DNA from: an uncultured Hyphomicrobiaceae bacterium
Lineage (GTDB): Bacteria; Pseudomonadota; Alphaproteobacteria; Rhizobiales; CAYWUX01
Direction of reading: 5' to 3'
NCBI GenBank assembly: GCA_964461525.1
Contig: CAYWUX010000004.1
Span: forward strand, 42,488 to 106,487
Length of the DNA: 64,000 bases
Part shown: piece after piece, positions 58,602 through 64,000 of the stretch
How the letters are laid out: every line of letters begins with the position of its first letter
Position numbering within the stretch: position 1 is the stretch's first letter
Notes under the pieces: generated by a model
Seen by the model: only the letters and a program-made list of their open reading frames with translations
Told to the model about the DNA's origin: nothing
The model's database searches: none
Made by a program: the position numbers and the translations under genes

Positions 58602-58654
58602 CAGATCAGGAAATGCGGCCTTATGAATTATTTAATTTTAAATTTTCAATTCAG

Positions 58655-59902
58655 CTAGAGTTTTTCACCTTTCAAAAGACGCGGCACGTCTCCTGAAAGG
58701 CCGGATGCCCCTTTCACTAGAAATTGTTTAATTGCAGGTGAACGGTTAACCAGACCAAGACCAATTTCCCTTGCGGCTCGAACCGGCAGAATGTCGTTCG
58801 AAAAAAGACGATTAAGTCCATCCATAAAAAATGCGGAAAAGGCACTGTCAAATCTGCGCCACCTTTGATAACGTTCAAGACCAGTGAAATCTCCAATGTC
58901 AATTCCAAGTCTTGAATTGTCGATCAACACTTCCGTCAGGGCCGCCACGTCACGTAATCCTATATTCAGTCCAAGACCTGCAATCGGATGAACGCCATGC
59001 GCGGAATCGCCAACAAGGACAAATCTCGGTCCTATGAATTCTCTCGCGATATGCATTGTCAACGGTACGCCAAAGCGTGGGCCTATCAGCTCAAGTTCAC
59101 CCAACCGGGGGCCGAAGCGCCGCTCGAGTTCTTCGATAAACAAGGCCTCATCCTCATCTAGCAGTTTTTTTGCAACCTTCGTGTTTTCGGTCCAGACCAA
59201 AGATGACCGATTTCCCTTTAATGGTAGAATGGCGAATGGTCCTGCTGGCAGAAAATGCTGAACTGCCCGGCCATTGTGTGGCCTTTCATGTGCCACAGTG
59301 GTCACGATTCCCATTTGACCATAGGACCAGGAAACTGTTTTTATGCCGGAGACTTTACGAAGAGACGAGTTCCGCCCGTCGGCGGCGACCAGCAACCTGG
59401 TTTTCAATTGTCCGCCACTCTCCAGCAGAACCCTGACATAATGATTCTCCTTTCCAAACCCCTTGACTTTTTGTTTGGCAATTAAATCAATATTTGGGTC
59501 AACCGAGGCCTTTGCAGCCAATGCGGTGGCGAGATGATGATTTTCAATCATGTAAGAAGCAGATTTTCCCGGTGCCAGTTCACTTTTAATTTGTAAAAAT
59601 ATTGGTCGGACAGTGACATCCATTGGACTGTCCGTTATGTCTATATCAGTGATGGGCTGGACATTGTTTTCGAGGGTCTGCCATATTTCGAGAACAGTAA
59701 GCAGATCCTTACTGGCCGCATTCAGTGCAACGGCCTGACCAGAAAAACGGTGAACGATCAGATCATCATAGGAACGGGGATCGAGAACGCATACCTTCAA
59801 TGTCTTATCGCTGCTTTGGGATAACGCGGAAGCCAACGCAAGACCAGTAAAACTGCCTCCGGCAATGATTACATCATAGACATTGATTTCAAAACGACTC
59901 AT
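58655..59902 (-). CDS. FAD-dependent ubiquinone-biosynthesis hydroxylase (UbiH/UbiF/VisC/COQ6 family)
   Basis: DVIIAGGSFTGLALA dinucleotide fold, ADGRNS, GDSAHGVHPIAGLGLNIGLRD. Confidence 0.85.
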   Translation of the reverse strand: MSRFEINVYDVIIAGGSFTGLALASALSQSSDKTLKVCVLDPRSYDDLIVHRFSGQAVALNAASKDLLTVLEIWQTLENNVQPITDIDITDSPMDVTVRPIFLQIKSELAPGKSASYMIENHHLATALAAKASVDPNIDLIAKQKVKGFGKENHYVRVLLESGGQLKTRLLVAADGRNSSLRKVSGIKTVSWSYGQMGIVTTVAHERPHNGRAVQHFLPAGPFAILPLKGNRSSLVWTENTKVAKKLLDEDEALFIEELERRFGPRLGELELIGPRFGVPLTMHIAREFIGPRFVLVGDSAHGVHPIAGLGLNIGLRDVAALTEVLIDNSRLGIDIGDFTGLERYQRWRRFDSAFSAFFMDGLNRLFSNDILPVRAAREIGLGLVNRSPAIKQFLVKGASGLSGDVPRLLKGEKL

Positions 59903-60173
59903 GAAACACCCGCTTCAGAACCCTGTCAATCGACCCGCACTCACTATGAACGGAATACATTTTGAATGATCCCTTTAAAATTTGTACTTCACGGGTAATG
60001 GATTCAATATAGATTGTGCTTGAGAAACGACAATTGTTTTGGACACTCAATTACATTGGGGCTAATTTTGTTTTGAATATTGGCGCTAAGCATAAAATGA
60101 CCCATCACGAGCTGTTGCGCAAGCATCAATAGGAGCATTCTCGGACGTAAAACATGAAGACAAAAAATTCACT

Positions 60174-61037
60174 ATGACCAATGCTCTCGAAAATCTTGTT
60201 TCGATACTCAATTTGGAACAACTTGAGTATAATCTTTTTCGCGGCGACAGTCCGCGAAATGGTTGGCAGCGTGTATTTGGTGGTCAGGTTATCGGCCAGG
60301 CTTTAGTTGCGGCGGAACGCACGGTCACGGATCGCAATGCCCATTCGCTCCATGGCTATTTTATGCGTCCGGGAGATCCCAAGGTTCCGATAATTTATGA
60401 AGTGGATCGGATTCGGGATGGCAAAAGTTTTAATACCAGACGAGTGGTGGCAATTCAGCATGGACAGGCCATATTTTCAATGTCAGTCTCATTTCACAAG
60501 GAAGAGTCGGGATTTGACCATCAAATTCCGATGCCGGATGTTCCTCTTCCCGAAGATCTTCCCAGCGACGATGAATTGAAAATCAACCTTAAAAATCTAC
60601 CTGATAATATACGCCGCTACTGGGAACGGGAGCGACCTATTGATTTGCGCCCGGTAGACATGTCGCGATATCTGGAGCCCAAAAAAGGAACTCCATTTCA
60701 GAATATTTGGATGCGTTCCACATCGACCTTACCTGACGACGTGGCTACGCATCAGTGCGTACTGGCGTATGCCTCCGATTTCACTCTTCTCGATACGGCG
60801 CTCATTGCCCATGGACGAATGATGTTTGATCCCAACCTCATGATGGCAAGCCTGGATCATTCCATCTGGTTTCATAGAAAATTCCGTGCAGATGAATGGC
60901 TGCTCTATAGTCAGGACAGTCCCAACGCAAGTAATGCCCGGGGTTTCAGCCGCGGCAGTATATTCACCCGTGACGGCATCCTGGTGGCTTCCGTAGCTCA
61001 GGAAGGGCTGATCCGCGAGCGAAGAACGAAAACCTGA
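60174..61037 (+). CDS. tesB: Acyl-CoA thioesterase II
   Basis: FGGQVIGQAL.AA..TV......HSLHGYF.RPGD...PI.Y.V.R.RDG.SF..R.V.A.Q.G; a double hot-dog layout. Confidence 0.88.
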   Translation: MTNALENLVSILNLEQLEYNLFRGDSPRNGWQRVFGGQVIGQALVAAERTVTDRNAHSLHGYFMRPGDPKVPIIYEVDRIRDGKSFNTRRVVAIQHGQAIFSMSVSFHKEESGFDHQIPMPDVPLPEDLPSDDELKINLKNLPDNIRRYWERERPIDLRPVDMSRYLEPKKGTPFQNIWMRSTSTLPDDVATHQCVLAYASDFTLLDTALIAHGRMMFDPNLMMASLDHSIWFHRKFRADEWLLYSQDSPNASNARGFSRGSIFTRDGILVASVAQEGLIRERRTKT

Positions 61038-61192
61038 CAATTTTCATATCTATTGGTCTTTGATTAATAAATAGGCAATTTTGACCGATTGCCTAATAAG
61101 TGATCAGAAAGCACCGCCTTTTACACCTGCAAATTTCCTGGGCATACTGATTAATTGTTAAATATCAATTACTTTATCAAATTTTGCGGTTT

Positions 61193-61207
61193 TGGCACAT
61201 CACTTGA
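61193..61207 (+). promoter_or_regulatory. Candidate sigma-54 (-24/-12) promoter upstream of glnK-amtB
   Basis: TGGCAC-N5-TTGA lies about 100 nt upstream of the glnK ATG. The -24 element is perfect; the -12 element reads TTGA rather than TTGC. Confidence 0.35.
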
Positions 61208-61211
61208 TTGA

Positions 61212-61652
<441 letters not shown>

Positions 61653-61666
61653 TCAGGAAATATACA

Positions 61667-62992
61667 ATGAAAAAAAATCTTTATTTGCTAACTGTTGGGG
61701 TGGCTTTAACATCCGGATTTGTCTTATTCACCGATCAGGCATTCGCCCAGGATGCCGCGACAGGCGTATCTGCTGATGTCAAGTTCATCCTGAATTCGTT
61801 CCTTTTTCTCGTCACCGGATTTCTTGTCATGTGGATGGCGGCAGGATTTGCCATGCTTGAAGCGGGCATGGTGCGGACCAAGAACGTCTCTATGCAGTGT
61901 ACAAAAAATATCGCCCTCTTCGCCATTGCGGGCATAGTATATTGGGCGGTTGGTTACAACGTCATGTATGATGGGGTCGATGGAGGATTTATCGGTACAA
62001 TTCTTCCCAAGTCGATTCCGGCACCGTCCAGCGATACCGGAGACTATGCAGCCGCTTCAGACTGGTTTTTCCAAATGGTGTTCTGTGCGACAGCAGCTTC
62101 TATCGTCTCTGGTACTCTCGCCGAACGGGTAAAACTCTGGCCTTTCTTAATTTTCGTCGCCATTTTATGCGGCTTTTTATATCCGATTCAGGGTGCCTGG
62201 AAATGGGGAGCCGGTTGGCTGGACGGTTTGGGCTTTCTTGATTTTGCCGGCTCTACAATCGTGCATTCCTGCGGCGGATGGGCGGCATTGACCGGCGCAA
62301 TTATCCTTGGAGCCCGCAAAGGAAAGTACGGGCCCAATGGACAGGTCTTCCCGATGCCTGGATCAAATATGCCACTTGCCACATTGGGAACGTTTATATT
62401 GTGGCTAGGCTGGTTTGGATTTAATGGTGGATCGCAATTAGCCTTGGGATCGATCGCAGATGCTTCATCAGTTTCCAGAATATTCATGAACACTAATCTC
62501 GCTGCCGCAGCCGGTGTCATTAGCGCAATGATACTAAATCAGCTGCTATACGGCAAAGTAGACCTTACAATGGCCCTAAACGGTGCTCTCGCCGGACTCG
62601 TCGCCATCACGGCCGAGCCTCTGACTCCTGCGCCAATTATGGCAATTATCATTGGAGGTATTGGTGGACTAATTGTAGTCCTCACCGTTCCGGTGCTCGA
62701 CAAACTTCGTATTGATGATGTGGTGGGTGCTATTCCCGTCCACCTTCTGGCCGGTATCTGGGGCACAATAGCTGTACCGATCACAAATTCAGACGGAAAT
62801 TTTATTACTCAACTTATCGGCATAGGATCAATTGGAATTTTCATGATCATTTCAACTTCAATTCTGTGGCTCGTTCTGAAGTTTACGATCGGACTACGGC
62901 CCACTGAAGAGGATGAATCCGACGGTCTTGATAAAGCCGAGATCGGTCTGGAAGCTTATCCGGAATTCGGCCAGGGCAGTCAACGTATCTGA
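61667..62992 (+). CDS. amtB: Ammonium transporter
   Basis: Signal peptide, then FAMLEAGMVR, DFAGSTIVH and GFNGGS motifs. Confidence 0.92.
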   Translation: MKKNLYLLTVGVALTSGFVLFTDQAFAQDAATGVSADVKFILNSFLFLVTGFLVMWMAAGFAMLEAGMVRTKNVSMQCTKNIALFAIAGIVYWAVGYNVMYDGVDGGFIGTILPKSIPAPSSDTGDYAAASDWFFQMVFCATAASIVSGTLAERVKLWPFLIFVAILCGFLYPIQGAWKWGAGWLDGLGFLDFAGSTIVHSCGGWAALTGAIILGARKGKYGPNGQVFPMPGSNMPLATLGTFILWLGWFGFNGGSQLALGSIADASSVSRIFMNTNLAAAAGVISAMILNQLLYGKVDLTMALNGALAGLVAITAEPLTPAPIMAIIIGGIGGLIVVLTVPVLDKLRIDDVVGAIPVHLLAGIWGTIAVPITNSDGNFITQLIGIGSIGIFMIISTSILWLVLKFTIGLRPTEEDESDGLDKAEIGLEAYPEFGQGSQRI

Positions 62993-63044
62993 CATTTATC
63001 CGAGCTTAGTAACTCATAGCTTCAAAAAGAGAATTAAATGACAG

Positions 63045-63078
63045 AAACCTGGCAATTAATTTTTGCCAGGTTTTTTCT
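63045..63078 (+). terminator. Rho-independent terminator after amtB
   Basis: The 11-bp stem AAACCTGGCAA / TTGCCAGGTTT has a 7-nt loop and runs into a T-rich tract (TTTTTTCTT). Confidence 0.75.
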
Positions 63079-63220
63079 TGGCAAACCTGCCTTTTTCAAC
63101 CTAGGTTCATGATCAGCACCGCATACAGACCGATTTTCGGACTTGGTACTAATACTGCCGCAGTCTTTCATGCGAATTTGAATTTCAAGAGACCATAGCA
63201 TTCAAACATACTGAACTGTC

Positions 63221-64000
63221 ATGAACCCAACTCAGCAATCGCTAAATCCAAACCAAGTTGCCTCACCGTTCGAACGAACAAGAAACCTTCTTGAAGGAAT
63301 TGAACCGGGCCAAGATGTCATCGATATTTCCATTGGTGAACCTCGACATCCTTTTCCTGATTTTGTGGGTGACGTTCTCCGTAAAACGGCAGGGGACTTT
63401 GGTAAGTATCCGCCAATCCGGGGAACGGATGCACTACGGTCTGCCATTGTCGATTGGCACGGACTGCGCTATCCGGATCTAAGAAGTAAGCTCGATCCCG
63501 ATACCAATCTGCTTGTACTGAATGGTTCGCGTGAAGGATTATTTTCTGCGGTGTTTACAGCCCGGTTCCGGAGGATTGATATTGAACGGCCTGCGGTTCT
63601 AATACCAAATCCCTTTTATCAATGCTACCACGCCGGCGCAGTATCAGCCGGGGCCGAACCCATATTTCTTCCTACATCCAGGTTAACGAAATTTTTGCCG
63701 GATTTATCCATGCTAAGTTCGGCCGTCCTTGAACGAACCATTGCATTTTTTCTTTGTTCACCATCCAACCCGCAAGGAGCAATAGCTGATCAGGCTTATC
63801 TTCAAAAGGCCATGGAGCTGGCCCGAACCTACGACTTCATGCTGTTCGCCGACGAATGTTATTCTGAAATTTACTCTGGCAATCCTCCGGAAGGCGCACT
63901 TCAGGTTTCATTTCGCTGCAATGGAAACTTCAACAACGTAATCTCCTTTAACTCGTTGTCCAAAAGATCAAACCTGCCGGGACTGCGCTCCGGATTTGCG
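63221..64000 (+). CDS. Class I/II PLP-dependent aminotransferase, succinyldiaminopimelate transaminase-like (3' end outside the window)
   Basis: Open frame from ATG 63221 to the window edge. It is not in the ORF track because no stop is reached. Motifs seen: GEPRHPFP, NGSREGLF, NPFYQCY, CSPSNPQG, ADECYSEIY, SLSKRSNLPGLRSGF. Confidence 0.8.
   Translation, partial: MNPTQQSLNPNQVASPFERTRNLLEGIEPGQDVIDISIGEPRHPFPDFVGDVLRKTAGDFGKYPPIRGTDALRSAIVDWHGLRYPDLRSKLDPDTNLLVLNGSREGLFSAVFTARFRRIDIERPAVLIPNPFYQCYHAGAVSAGAEPIFLPTSRLTKFLPDLSMLSSAVLERTIAFFLCSPSNPQGAIADQAYLQKAMELARTYDFMLFADECYSEIYSGNPPEGALQVSFRCNGNFNNVISFNSLSKRSNLPGLRSGFA

Noticed and set aside
61071-61098. 8-bp hairpin TAGGCAAT / ATTGCCTA after tesB, considered as a terminator.
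   Set aside because: It is a short AT-containing stem with no following T-run, so it is too weak to call.

Overview
This is a chromosomal, mostly housekeeping and catabolic window. Conserved gene blocks suggest an alphaproteobacterium: SUV3-like helicase / S4 protein / fdxA / carD, YbbN-type thioredoxin / LON-N domain / Trm112, and tesB / glnK / amtB. GC looks moderate by eye and was not computed. No phage, transposase, integrase, CRISPR array or recognisable defence genes were seen.

Main content, in order:
1. Housekeeping genes (1-10 kb).
2. A DctPQM TRAP transporter with unusually large membrane subunits, divergent from a CoA-transferase / enoyl-CoA hydratase pair (11.4-18.7 kb).
3. A near-complete purine-to-glyoxylate catabolic supercluster (18.7-35.1 kb): gpt, puuD, guaD, a BMP-type ABC importer, xdhCBA, uraH, a decayed uraD remnant, puuE, alc, allA.
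4. The znuA / znuCB-zur zinc uptake locus (36.7-39.9 kb).
5. Envelope-related and hypothetical secreted proteins (39.9-46.6 kb), then tRNA-Gly(GCC).
6. The most interesting locus (47.0-55.1 kb), a tightly packed plus-strand cluster. It encodes a GntR/HutC regulator, a divergent four-subunit succinate dehydrogenase/fumarate reductase paralog, a divergent two-subunit Fe-S hydro-lyase, a mandelate-racemase-subgroup enolase that looks D-tartrate-dehydratase-like, and a D-2-hydroxyacid dehydrogenase. The SDH/FRD genes are in a non-canonical order, and the flavoprotein has Cys where the FAD-linking His normally sits. I read this as a candidate uncharacterised tartrate/substituted C4-dicarboxylate respiratory module.
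7. Housekeeping genes again (55.3-64 kb), ending in an open aminotransferase gene.

Other items worth a second look are an unannotated 56-codon ArfA-like basic small ORF with a hairpin inside its 3' coding region, a roughly 336-residue non-membrane C-terminal extension on DctM, and the uraD pseudogene.

All family calls come from reading the translations against remembered motifs. No database search was run.
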